IMG/VR virus record: IMGVR_UViG_3300017778_001615
Location: 1 to 38,253 of that record
Direction: 5' to 3' (one strand)
DNA length: 38,253 nt
Source: a virus
Taxonomy: Duplodnaviria > Caudoviricetes
Positions 11,701 through 19,684 of this stretch are shown piece by piece. Both the position numbers and the translations under genes were made by a program. How positions within the stretch are numbered: position 1 is the stretch's first letter; each line of letters begins with the position of its first letter. The notes below the pieces were generated by a model, which ran no database searches, was not told where the DNA came from, and saw nothing but the letters and a program-made list of their open reading frames with translations.

Positions 11701-12361
11701 TATATTAATAAAACCAAATTTATTAGAACGTAGCAAAGGCCAAATACTTCCTAAAATTGTTCGAGAGGACGAATCATATAACAGTTTGATTGCCGCAGTT
11801 TCACCAATAACATCCGGAGATTATTTACAATTCACCGGATCTGTTGATGGTAAAATTGTAGAGATATCTGGAATTGATGATGATCAATGGCAAATGTATT
11901 TAACGGCATCTACGGCTGACAAATATGATGGAACACCGTATTCACACGAATATCTAGTTAGATCAGGAAGCACATATATTACTGCGTCAACTCCATATTG
12001 GATAAGTGAAGCATTATGCCCGGCGATAACATCGAGTGTAGTATCAGAATTTAAATTTGTGTCCGGGAGCACTACAAACGCAACACAAAGCTTTGGAATA
12101 ACGTATGGTACTGGTTCTTATGGTACTGGATCATATGCTGTTGATTTATTTGTATTTAGTGGAACTTTAGCTGAAGTACAAGACTTCTTACCACAAGGAA
12201 TAAACAACCAAAGATATTCTGGTGCTAAAATGACATCGGCGGGATTCAATATAAATTCAACGGACACGGTTGATGGCGGTCCTGTAGCAGAATGGCGTAC
12301 TGCTAATGGTAATCAGTTGATATATCAGACAGTTGGTCAACAAGGTAGTTTTGTATTGTAA
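8795..12361 (+). CDS. Large baseplate/tail protein (gp7-like wedge) with a LamG-like domain
   Basis: WRRIVNNLPLLLKSKGTKRSVQALLSCYG resembles the tail-I/gp7 wedge motif. A LamG-like segment runs from VELRFRT to LKGELQELRLWN. Confidence 0.6.
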   Translation: MLDQYKNTAQIQAKNGSVSAERLSQSKTRLLSFDADESIYFNPEIAAQGIDSRTELHVYNNNTWITANHSVHKLTKIPEYRDTITNQLITFSSPPVAIDLYNEFKQLNLTSGNFNIVVNFFKNLIGSYDKQYLRIDGISPDRKEIRLRAIDGTDPKFLSQITNYINTVQQTASTFYKSYLLNFSRNKNILFVNSVVIGDYLYVKLYEALPSDIEVDFKCWVVEELKDAYIDSVQIAPDVIATRTNKLANPNWYANASYNISSETGLKNWNDLLGSSVQTSQQIVDAYFSGSLAGMKLNIDYSDFNNFVFYSSATERLQNFKYKLDLLEYYTSQSLVVSQLSGSVATTNVVDYTTTKTNLVSGFDAFEQYLYYQSSSILTTYEIPVVSPNVADVTGSYITPVPKSTSTYPYALVSTTSTQFTTWFDNLIVSASLYDTLNLNALTAAIPEYIRFDSANVDLGTFVNMLGHHYDILYTYINHMSKTNKREENPKLGMPNELLYSVAKQFGWNLTDGNQYQDLWQYVLGTSETGTPLTGSISVGDPSVPGRDMTYTVWRRIVNNLPLLLKSKGTKRSVQALLSCYGIPQSMISINEYGGPRLDRAPVYEKLNFDYALDLIGTTTGTVTINYTGSVQSVELRFRTDNVITNPTMPSTMNLFNIGSNAVTLDYTSGTLGKIKINGTGSGNIEMFDGGWLTALLLVTGSNLQVLAKRSKYGKIVAAVSASATASIATSGSLTLGSTSTGASRLKGELQELRLWNANVSTYFDNHVKAPAAYNSANPYNELIFRLPLTQKVNHTLTGSMQGVQPATSSFTASFTGWSTATPYDSIEETYYYDSPSLGAGTFDDNKIRLEANDLVGTLDVKTRAERSQFDTAALDSKKLGVYFSPQTMIDEDIIAQLGFTVLDEYIGDPGETDSMSYPELIQAAQTYWKKYKTRNDINAYINMFTLFDLSFFRQLDQLLPARVDKLTGILIKPNLLERSKGQILPKIVREDESYNSLIAAVSPITSGDYLQFTGSVDGKIVEISGIDDDQWQMYLTASTADKYDGTPYSHEYLVRSGSTYITASTPYWISEALCPAITSSVVSEFKFVSGSTTNATQSFGITYGTGSYGTGSYAVDLFVFSGTLAEVQDFLPQGINNQRYSGAKMTSAGFNINSTDTVDGGPVAEWRTANGNQLIYQTVGQQGSFVL
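12104..12136 (+). repeat. 15-nt tandem repeat encoding YGTGS-YGTGS-Y
   Basis: tatggtactggttct tatggtactggatca tat. Confidence 0.8.
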
Positions 12362-12386
12362 ATTACCACCAAAATTAATAATATGT

Positions 12387-12394
12387 ATATTTAT
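12387..12394 (+). promoter_or_regulatory. Putative late promoter ATATTTAT
   Basis: ATATTTATATAAA, 29 nt before ATG 12416, with a TAAGG SD-like sequence between. Confidence 0.7.
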
Positions 12395-12415
12395 ATAAAA
12401 TAAGGTTAAAACGAT

Positions 12416-13066
12416 ATGGGATATTTAGATAATACAAGCGTAACAATTGACGCTATATTAACATTAAAAGGAAGAGAATTGCTAGCAAAAGGCGGTTCTG
12501 CATTTAATATTACGCAATTTGCGGTTGGAGATGATGAAGTAGATTATTCATTATGGAATCCAGATCATCCATTAGGAACTGCATATTATGGTACCATTAT
12601 TGAAAATATGCCAATCACTGAAGCAATTCCTGACGAAACTCAAGCATTGAAATACAAGCTAATTACATTGCCAAAACAAACAACTAATATTCCGGTTGTA
12701 ACAGTTGGTAATACATCAATTTTATTAATTGCAAATGGTGATAGCTCAATTATTTCTCCAAATACAAGTAATTTCCAAGGCGGAAATAGCAATTTAGGAT
12801 ACACGGCAATTTTGTCTGATTCAACGGTAGCTGATATACAAGTAACTAGAGCATTACAAAATTCAGTATTACCTACGACTCCTAGATTCATTGGTGATAA
12901 CCAAGATGCACAAAGTGTTGCTGCAGCAGGATTTGAATTTAAAATTATTGCTAAGACGCAAATGATTGAAGATAAAACTGCTACGATTACTGTAATTGGT
13001 AATGAAACTGGTGGAAGTGTAACAATTAATTTAACAGTTAAAAAAGCAACTACTGCTACTATATAA
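12416..13066 (+). CDS. Baseplate/tail structural protein
   Basis: N-terminal ILTLKGRELLAKG...ITQFAVGDDEVDY resembles tail-collar/baseplate N-terminal domains. Ig-like C-terminus. Confidence 0.6.
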   Translation: MGYLDNTSVTIDAILTLKGRELLAKGGSAFNITQFAVGDDEVDYSLWNPDHPLGTAYYGTIIENMPITEAIPDETQALKYKLITLPKQTTNIPVVTVGNTSILLIANGDSSIISPNTSNFQGGNSNLGYTAILSDSTVADIQVTRALQNSVLPTTPRFIGDNQDAQSVAAAGFEFKIIAKTQMIEDKTATITVIGNETGGSVTINLTVKKATTATI

Positions 13067-13078
13067 TAGGTAAATAAT

Positions 13079-14377
13079 ATGAACACATCAATGTTGATTA
13101 AAAAATTAAAACAACAAACTAGACACGGCCAAGCTGGTAATAGAGCAGCTGGTAATCAATCAGTTGTAGTTACGCCACTAGCTCAACCAGTTGTAGGCGG
13201 ACCAAGAATTTCCCCAGTTGATGTTAATGATCAAGTGCAGCAATTAGCACAATCACTAGCTAATCAAATGGTAGCAGAAATGCAACAAAGTCAAATCATA
13301 TCTCGTAATGGTCGTACTTATACTAAATTTGATGCAGTAAATGATATTGTAGCAAATCAAACTGAAGTCGTAACTGCAGGATTATGGAGTGATAATTTAG
13401 CTGCATTAACAACGTATTTTACATCGTCCGTTGAAACAACTTCTCAACGTAGATATTATATCGATGTATTACAAGCTACGCCTGCAGCAGATGGTGCTGC
13501 GGTACAATATTCATTAGCTTATGGAAATGTGTTAGGTAGTGGATCTGATTCACAAGGTCAACTTAATGATTCTCCATCCCGTGCTGTATATTCTCAATAT
13601 CGTCAGTTACTATTGAATCCAACTGATACTCGATTTACCACTGCTGGTTCTGGTAGCACTGATTCAATTTACGTTGTTAACTTTAAAAGAAACCGAGTAA
13701 AAGAAAAATTAGATGCTGGTAACTTTGAATTACCACTTCGGTTAATATCTGGTTCTCGTCCTACTAATGCCACCGGAAGTGTAGCAGTCAGTGGTTCTAA
13801 AATTGTAACATTGATTGATGATTCTTCTATTGCGGCTGCTACTATAGTTGGTACTGGTAAAGTTTATAACATTGTTTCTGGATCTATTAATAGCGGTGTT
13901 TATAATCCGTCTGCCCCTGTTTATTATGGGTTATCATATCCAGATTATGGAACGTTGGTATTAGATGGCAAGATGCTTGATCAACAATTGAATTTCCAAA
14001 CCAATACTGGTTCTAGCTCAGAAGGTAACAATCATTTTGCATTATATCATTCAATATCAGCATCAGCTTTATTGACAGATCCGTTAACTGGTGACCCATA
14101 TGGCTTTGTTGCAAGAAACTCCGAGAAGATTACAAGCACACATTATTTTGTAAGAATTAAAAATGCAGAATATAACTTTTCAAATAATCCATCATACGTT
14201 TCCGGTAGTGTAGGTCAAATTGCTCAGACATCATTTGTAGGTGATCCTAAAACATATATCACAACTGTTGGATTATATAATGATCGTCAAGAGTTATTAG
14301 CAATTGCAAAATTAAGCAAAGCATTGTTAAAATCGTTCCAACGAGAAGCTCTTATTCGAGTTAAATTGGATTTCTAA
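13079..14377 (+). CDS. Tail/baseplate structural protein (paralogous C-terminus with 14440..16014)
   Basis: C-terminal EYNFSNNPS...YITTVGLYNDRQELLAIAKLS...IRVKLDF. Confidence 0.65.
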   Translation: MNTSMLIKKLKQQTRHGQAGNRAAGNQSVVVTPLAQPVVGGPRISPVDVNDQVQQLAQSLANQMVAEMQQSQIISRNGRTYTKFDAVNDIVANQTEVVTAGLWSDNLAALTTYFTSSVETTSQRRYYIDVLQATPAADGAAVQYSLAYGNVLGSGSDSQGQLNDSPSRAVYSQYRQLLLNPTDTRFTTAGSGSTDSIYVVNFKRNRVKEKLDAGNFELPLRLISGSRPTNATGSVAVSGSKIVTLIDDSSIAAATIVGTGKVYNIVSGSINSGVYNPSAPVYYGLSYPDYGTLVLDGKMLDQQLNFQTNTGSSSEGNNHFALYHSISASALLTDPLTGDPYGFVARNSEKITSTHYFVRIKNAEYNFSNNPSYVSGSVGQIAQTSFVGDPKTYITTVGLYNDRQELLAIAKLSKALLKSFQREALIRVKLDF

Positions 14378-14393
14378 AATAACACATTGATTT

Positions 14394-14432
14394 AAGCCCT
14401 GCTATATTTATATTAAATGTAGTAGGGTTTTT
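14394..14432 (+). terminator. Intrinsic terminator-like hairpin containing a late promoter motif
   Basis: AAGCCCTGCTATATTTA-TAT-TAAATGTAGTAGGGTTT-TT forms a 17-bp stem whose three non-Watson-Crick pairs are all G.U, followed by a T run. Confidence 0.7.
14404..14411 (+). promoter_or_regulatory. Putative late promoter ATATTTAT
   Basis: Lies at the apex of the hairpin, 36 nt before ATG 14440. Confidence 0.6.
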
Positions 14433-14439
14433 ACTGATT

Positions 14440-16014
14440 ATGGCTGAATCAAAAATAAATAATGAAATTTCATATCAAGGCATATATCCAACTGTTTTCA
14501 AAAAAATAGATGCATCTGATGTAATGATAAACCCATTCCAAGTATTTAAATCTTGGTCGGTAGCTTCCGGATCTAGTACTAGCAGTTTATTACCGTTAAC
14601 GGCTATTTACAGCGACGTCAATGTTTTGCCAGCACTAGGGTCTGAATTAACATATAATGATGCTACTAACCTCGATGGTAGCTTACAAACGATTATATAC
14701 CAATCTATAAATCATTTATTCTATAAATACAAAGGACAACCTAATAATACATATGGTCCGACTGATTTAACACGTACTCAAAAGTACTTATATCAGTCAG
14801 CATCGGTATTTTCTATCCCGCAAGTTAAAATAGGGGAAGGTATTAAACCCGGGTCTTTTTCTATAGAAAATAATACTGATACAATTTTATCAGATCGATA
14901 TAGTAATTTATATTTAGAATCCATTGATACCAGTTCATTTGCTACTGGGGTGATGTGGTATGAGGGATTCAATGAATATTTTGATACCAGTCGTATTAAA
15001 TATGTTAGTTCAGGAGTAACATATGTACCGGGAGTACCTGATACTGATGTAAATGTTCTTCCGGTTGGGCTAGCTGCAAAGTTTGTAGGTAATGGATATA
15101 TTGAATCTGAATTAGATGGATTCTATGATAGAGATCATGATTATGCAATTGCTTTTTGGATATCCGGTTCTAGCCCAACAACAAATTTAATTGCAACAAA
15201 AGCTTCAAGTAGTTTAACTCCACAATATCCGTTCCGGGTTGAATTAAGTGGTAGCAACCAAATTAAATTTTCTGTTGCTGGCAGTACGACATTTAAAACT
15301 CAAATTACATCGTCGGTATTATCAACATCTTGGAATCATATTATTTGTCAAAAATCTGGCAGTGTATTGCAATTATATGTTAATGGGGGTCTTGATGCAT
15401 CAGGTTCATCAACTTTATTAACTAACACAATGTCACCATTTACGGCTTCTGCTCGTATAGACAATATTGATAAGTTGTATATTGGAGGATATAGCCCGTC
15501 AAGCTCAAATTTAACAGCTGTTTTAGATGAAATTAGGATATTTAATAAGCCGCTAACTAGTCCAGCAATTGGAGTAATATCTGCTGCTAATCTTATAGAT
15601 GGCGCGTTTCTTCAAACAAATCATGTAGGAAATATTTTTACTAAACAAGGCCTTGCAGTAGTATCGACCCCTGATTATCGATATAATACATTGATAACAA
15701 ATAATTTTACTTTTATTGACTATCGTAGCACTGTTACTATCAATGAATTAAGTGTGGTTGCTAAACTTGATGCTGGAGATTTTAATATGTCAACTAATCT
15801 AACATTAACTAAAGATGATGATGTAACATATCAGCCATTTGTTAGTAGCAGTGATTTTGCTCCTTATATAACCACAATTGGATTATATGATGATGCTGGT
15901 CAATTATTAGCAATTGGAAAAATGGCTCAAGTTATCCGGAAACGGGATGATGTTGATATGAACTTTTTGATTCGAATCGATCTAGATAAAAATATTGCAT
16001 TTAAGGGAGAATGA
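14440..16014 (+). CDS. Tail structural protein with a LamG/concanavalin-A-like lectin domain
   Basis: YAIAFWI...WNHIICQKSGSVLQLYVNG...LYIGG...LDEIRIFNKPL is a LamG pattern. The C-terminal YITTIGLYDDAGQLLAIGKMA is shared with the upstream gene. Confidence 0.75.
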   Translation: MAESKINNEISYQGIYPTVFKKIDASDVMINPFQVFKSWSVASGSSTSSLLPLTAIYSDVNVLPALGSELTYNDATNLDGSLQTIIYQSINHLFYKYKGQPNNTYGPTDLTRTQKYLYQSASVFSIPQVKIGEGIKPGSFSIENNTDTILSDRYSNLYLESIDTSSFATGVMWYEGFNEYFDTSRIKYVSSGVTYVPGVPDTDVNVLPVGLAAKFVGNGYIESELDGFYDRDHDYAIAFWISGSSPTTNLIATKASSSLTPQYPFRVELSGSNQIKFSVAGSTTFKTQITSSVLSTSWNHIICQKSGSVLQLYVNGGLDASGSSTLLTNTMSPFTASARIDNIDKLYIGGYSPSSSNLTAVLDEIRIFNKPLTSPAIGVISAANLIDGAFLQTNHVGNIFTKQGLAVVSTPDYRYNTLITNNFTFIDYRSTVTINELSVVAKLDAGDFNMSTNLTLTKDDDVTYQPFVSSSDFAPYITTIGLYDDAGQLLAIGKMAQVIRKRDDVDMNFLIRIDLDKNIAFKGE

Positions 16015-16577
16015 TGATACGATTAAAACATTTACTACGCGAAATAAAAGATACAGATTTAGATCGAATATTGACTAAAATAAAAAATAAACAGTTTAGA
16101 TTTTTTGCGGCAGGAGATAATGGTCGGGTATATGAAATTGATGGAGAAGACAAACTTTTCAAAATTACTAAAGAAATGGATGAATTTGAAGTAGCTTCTA
16201 TTATAGTTGGTCGTTATGCTGAATTTACTACGTTTATCCCGGTATATTATGTTACTGATGCTAATGCCGAAGGATTCCCGGATATGGCATATATTATGTC
16301 TAAAGCTGATAAATTAAATCCTAACTATAAACGAGCACTAGATCGGTTCATTGATGATTTTAAAACATATGCATATGATGAAGGTGGGGAAGTAACTATT
16401 TTTGATTACTTGGATGCTGAGGGTGGTCGAAGTCATGACACAAAATTAATTAATTTTCTCCGAGCATTACAGGCTGATATTCGCAAACTAAATATCTTGG
16501 ATTTTGAATTAGACTTAGATTTCAAAACTGATAATATCATGATATGGAATGGGAATCTAGTAATGATTGATTGGTGA
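16011..16577 (+). CDS. Minimal protein kinase-like (ePK/APH fold) protein
   Basis: Gly loop FFAAGDNGRVY, beta3 Lys LFKIT, alphaC Glu (DEFE), catalytic loop LDFKTDNIM and metal-binding LVMIDW. Confidence 0.75.
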   Translation: MMIRLKHLLREIKDTDLDRILTKIKNKQFRFFAAGDNGRVYEIDGEDKLFKITKEMDEFEVASIIVGRYAEFTTFIPVYYVTDANAEGFPDMAYIMSKADKLNPNYKRALDRFIDDFKTYAYDEGGEVTIFDYLDAEGGRSHDTKLINFLRALQADIRKLNILDFELDLDFKTDNIMIWNGNLVMIDW

Positions 16578-16580
16578 TCA

Positions 16581-16588
16581 ATATTTAT
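16581..16588 (+). promoter_or_regulatory. Putative late promoter ATATTTAT
   Basis: Just after the kinase stop codon. Implies the next gene starts at 16597 or 16609 rather than 16567. Confidence 0.65.
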
Positions 16589-16608
16589 ATATAGAAATGA
16601 AAAACATC

Positions 16609-18060
16609 ATGATAGAACATATTATTAAACATTTTTTATTCGAACAAGCAAAATTTCGATGGGGTATAATACCGCCAACTCCGGCTTTACTAACTGCAGC
16701 AAAAGAAGCTGGCGGGGTGTATGCATTTACTGCAAAATTAAATTTTACTAAAAAAAGTGTTATTCCTAGTGATCAAATAATAAGAAATATATTAACTAGT
16801 AATATATCAGATATGCCCAGTACTGGTGATGATTCTGTTGGGGCAACCGGGAAATATTCTAATGGAAATTATATATACCTAATTAGTAATCCTTTAAAAG
16901 AATCGCCGAATCGATTAAAATTTAATGTTTGGATCATTGAACGACAAAATTTAAAAGATATAGCAGTCGAAGTTGTTGACAGAGAAAAAATGACTGGATA
17001 TTTTACAAAATCAACTAGTCCTATAGATTTTGGAGAACGACAAATAGGAAATTCAGATTTAATGTCATATGATGATATGGCACGATGGTTTTCAGCATTA
17101 ACAGAAGCAGCAACTAAACAAGGCGTAAAGTTAGATCTCCCGGATATTCAAAAAATAAATACAATTCAATCTAGTATTAAAACTGGTGAATTTAAAACTC
17201 AGTTTGTAGATATAACTGATGAAAATGCTGATGAGTATGAAACTGGTTTCCGCGGAAAGGCTGAGATTTCATATACTCCAGATGGAGATCAAATCGTAAC
17301 TCCAATTTCTGGTAGGATCGATGTAACTGAAGATGACACTAATAATGATGGGGAACTTCATCTCGGATATTTTGAAGGCCAGTTTAAAAATGGAGTGCCT
17401 TTTAACGGAACTTGGACTAAATACCAATTAACCGGCAATAAAACTCCGGATAATATATATTCTATCTGGAAAGGCGAATTCAAAACAGAAGCTTATGAAA
17501 ATGAACGCGGGACGCGCAGCTTTCATATAAAAAAAATCCCAGGAAAAGGAAAGTATATAGTTGACCCTCATGAAAAGTTAGTATATCCATATACAGCACA
17601 AAAACCAAATGCTGCGGGGTATACTGATACATATTATCTTGAAGGAGATTCTGTTTATTTTATTAATATATTTGCAGATCCCGTGCCAGCTTGGCTTTAT
17701 ATACCAAAATTAGAATTCGAATTATGGACTGCGTCTGGTACTAGTCCTAAAAATGCAAGGGAGGCATCTATAAGTGAAATTTCTATTTTAAATAAAAATT
17801 ATCCAAATGAACTACCAGATGCTATTAAATGGAAAACTGATAAACAGAATACGCCAGTGACATTTACATCGTTTCCGGTTAATATATATACAACAACAAA
17901 TGAAGAAGATTTTACAGATACCGGTAAAGTTATTTCAAAGATGACAGCTGATAAGCCACAATATTGGTACGATGCTACAGCAAATGGCTATGCTAAGTTA
18001 GTTGGTAGATCGAAAGATCCAAATAAATCATATTGGGTAAAATCTGATCAAATAAAATAA
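16609..18060 (+). CDS. Hypothetical protein with MORN-like motifs and a possible C-terminal SH3-like end
   Basis: YFEGQFKNGVPFNGTW and WKGEFK are MORN-like, and the protein ends in SYWVKSDQIK. Start chosen from the promoter position (alternative 16597). Confidence 0.55.
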   Translation: MIEHIIKHFLFEQAKFRWGIIPPTPALLTAAKEAGGVYAFTAKLNFTKKSVIPSDQIIRNILTSNISDMPSTGDDSVGATGKYSNGNYIYLISNPLKESPNRLKFNVWIIERQNLKDIAVEVVDREKMTGYFTKSTSPIDFGERQIGNSDLMSYDDMARWFSALTEAATKQGVKLDLPDIQKINTIQSSIKTGEFKTQFVDITDENADEYETGFRGKAEISYTPDGDQIVTPISGRIDVTEDDTNNDGELHLGYFEGQFKNGVPFNGTWTKYQLTGNKTPDNIYSIWKGEFKTEAYENERGTRSFHIKKIPGKGKYIVDPHEKLVYPYTAQKPNAAGYTDTYYLEGDSVYFINIFADPVPAWLYIPKLEFELWTASGTSPKNAREASISEISILNKNYPNELPDAIKWKTDKQNTPVTFTSFPVNIYTTTNEEDFTDTGKVISKMTADKPQYWYDATANGYAKLVGRSKDPNKSYWVKSDQIK

Positions 18061-18065
18061 TAGTT

Positions 18066-18548
18066 ATGGCAAAAAATCATTATCATAGTTCCGGAAATTC
18101 TAAACGGGCTATCGCATTAAAATATGGATATAAATCTGGCTTAGAGCAATTAGTTGCTGAACAAATTAAAAGTTGTGATTTTCCTTTGAATTACGAAACA
18201 AAAATATTAAATTATATTGTACCAGAACGTGCCGCAAAGTATACTCCTGATTTCGTATTCACTAAAAAGAATGGTGAAATCATGTATATTGAAACAAAAG
18301 GTCGATGGACTAGTATAGATCGTTTAAAAATGAAGCACGTACTAGCTTCGAATCCTGGCATTGATATTCGTATGGTATTCCAAGCTCCTACTCAAAAAAT
18401 ATCAAAAGGCAGTAAAACTACATATGAATCATATGCCAATAAACTGGGAATTACTCACGTTGGTAAGAAAATTATCCCGGCAGACTGGTTCGATGAATGT
18501 GTTAAATCAGATGATGAAATTATTAATACAAAAAAATTCTTTGGATAA
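18066..18548 (+). CDS. Endonuclease I / Holliday junction resolvase (T7 gp3-like, PD-(D/E)xK)
   Basis: YKSGLEQ, YTPDF, IETKGRW, DRLKM and DIRMVFQ match the T7 endonuclease I pattern. Confidence 0.9.
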   Translation: MAKNHYHSSGNSKRAIALKYGYKSGLEQLVAEQIKSCDFPLNYETKILNYIVPERAAKYTPDFVFTKKNGEIMYIETKGRWTSIDRLKMKHVLASNPGIDIRMVFQAPTQKISKGSKTTYESYANKLGITHVGKKIIPADWFDECVKSDDEIINTKKFFG

Positions 18549-18551
18549 AGG

Positions 18552-18580
18552 TTTGATTTGTGAAATTAAATCAATATATT
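18552..18580 (+). promoter_or_regulatory. Putative host-type (Bacteroidota-like) promoter TTTG-N19-TATATT
   Basis: Same architecture as the copies at 18704 and 37163. Resembles the Bacteroides -33 TTTG / -7 TAnnTTTG consensus with a 19-21 nt spacer, though the -7 match is partial. Confidence 0.45.
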
Positions 18581-18593
18581 CTAGTAAGAAATT

Positions 18594-18705
18594 AAGTTTA
18601 TTTAATTAATTGATTAATTCAGTATTGAATTGATCGTTAGACCAGTAATGTAATGTATGTGTCTAACTATTATTATTAATATATTATTTAATTAATTAAT
18701 AACTT
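18594..18705 (+). other. Multi-hairpin AT-rich intergenic element (candidate ncRNA/leader or replication origin)
   Basis: Hairpin GATTAATTCA-GTAT-TGAATTGATC (18612-18635) abuts hairpin GTTAGAC-N18-GTCTAAC (18636-18667). Both are enclosed by an imperfect inverted repeat (18594-18611 / 18690-18705). Confidence 0.45.
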
Positions 18706-18732
18706 TGAATACTGATTGATTTTCATTATATT
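18704..18732 (+). promoter_or_regulatory. Putative host-type promoter TTTG-N19-TATATT for the primase and Mre11-Rad50 genes
   Basis: TATATT ends 7 nt before ATG 18740, implying a leaderless or near-leaderless mRNA. No SD is present. Confidence 0.5.
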
Positions 18733-18739
18733 ATTATTA

Positions 18740-19684
18740 ATGAAGAATATTAAGTTATTACAGTTATTGGAATCAGTATTAGGTAAAGGGAAACCTACAT
18801 CTGGCGATAATATCGCGTTCTTCTCTCCATTTGTTTCTCACTACAAGCCAAAATTAGAAATTGATATTAATACTAACCACGCCGGCGAAAATGCATGGCA
18901 CTGTTGGATATCTGATAAAAAGGGTAGAAGTATTACTACATTATTCAAACAACTTAATCTTTCTCGAGAAAAGTTTGAACAATTAAATCGTATTATTGAA
19001 ACAACCCGATATCGTACGGGAATTCAAATACCAGAAAAAATTCAAGTAATTCAATTACCTGATGCATATCGTCCATTATGGATAAATAAAAATACTCCGG
19101 ATTTCAAAAATGCAATACACTACCTAACTAAACGAGGAATAACAATCTTTGATATTATTAAGTATCGAATTGGATATTGTGAGTCAGGTGAATATTCCGG
19201 CAAAATAATCATCCCTAGCTATGATACAGATGGTCAATTAAATTATTTCGTTAGCAGAGCATATTATTCTAGTGATAAACATAAACATAAAAATCCTAAA
19301 ATATCAAAAGATATACTTGGTTTTGGAATGTTTATTAATTGGGCAGAACCAATTATATTATGTGAAGGTTCATTTGATGCAATTGCAATTAAAAGAAACG
19401 CAATTCCATTATTCGGCAAGATCATTCAGCCAATGCTTCAAAAGAAAATAATCGAAGAACGAGTTAAAAACATTTATATCTGTCTAGACGCAGATGCATT
19501 AAAGAATGCAATCCAAATTGCTGAAAGATTCATGTCCGAAGGATTAAATGTATATTTTATTGAATTAAAAAATGAAGATGCGTCGGAACTAGGATTTCAA
19601 CGAATCACAGAAATATTAGCAGATACAGATGTTCTAACATTTGAAGGATTAATGGAATTAAAAATGGGAATGTTATGGATATAA
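18740..19684 (+). CDS. DNA primase (DnaG/T4 gp61-like)
   Basis: YLTKRGI, RIGYC, IIIPSYD, TOPRIM motifs LCEGSFDAIAI and ICLDADA, and EDASELG. Start set at ATG 18740 (MKNIKLL). Confidence 0.9.
   Translation: MKNIKLLQLLESVLGKGKPTSGDNIAFFSPFVSHYKPKLEIDINTNHAGENAWHCWISDKKGRSITTLFKQLNLSREKFEQLNRIIETTRYRTGIQIPEKIQVIQLPDAYRPLWINKNTPDFKNAIHYLTKRGITIFDIIKYRIGYCESGEYSGKIIIPSYDTDGQLNYFVSRAYYSSDKHKHKNPKISKDILGFGMFINWAEPIILCEGSFDAIAIKRNAIPLFGKIIQPMLQKKIIEERVKNIYICLDADALKNAIQIAERFMSEGLNVYFIELKNEDASELGFQRITEILADTDVLTFEGLMELKMGMLWI

Noticed and set aside
16567-16608. ORF-track starts at 16567, 18716, 30363 and 36758
   Set aside because: They overlap promoter motifs or upstream genes. Downstream ATGs (16597/16609, 18740, 30375, 36785) fit better.
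18361-18609. 82-aa + strand ORF overlapping endonuclease I
   Set aside because: Alternative frame with a TTG start inside a confident gene and no recognisable features.
18585-18710. tRNA or CRISPR array in the intergenic gap
   Set aside because: No T-loop GTTC, D-loop GG or acceptor stem, and no regularly spaced repeats with spacers. None were seen elsewhere in the window either.
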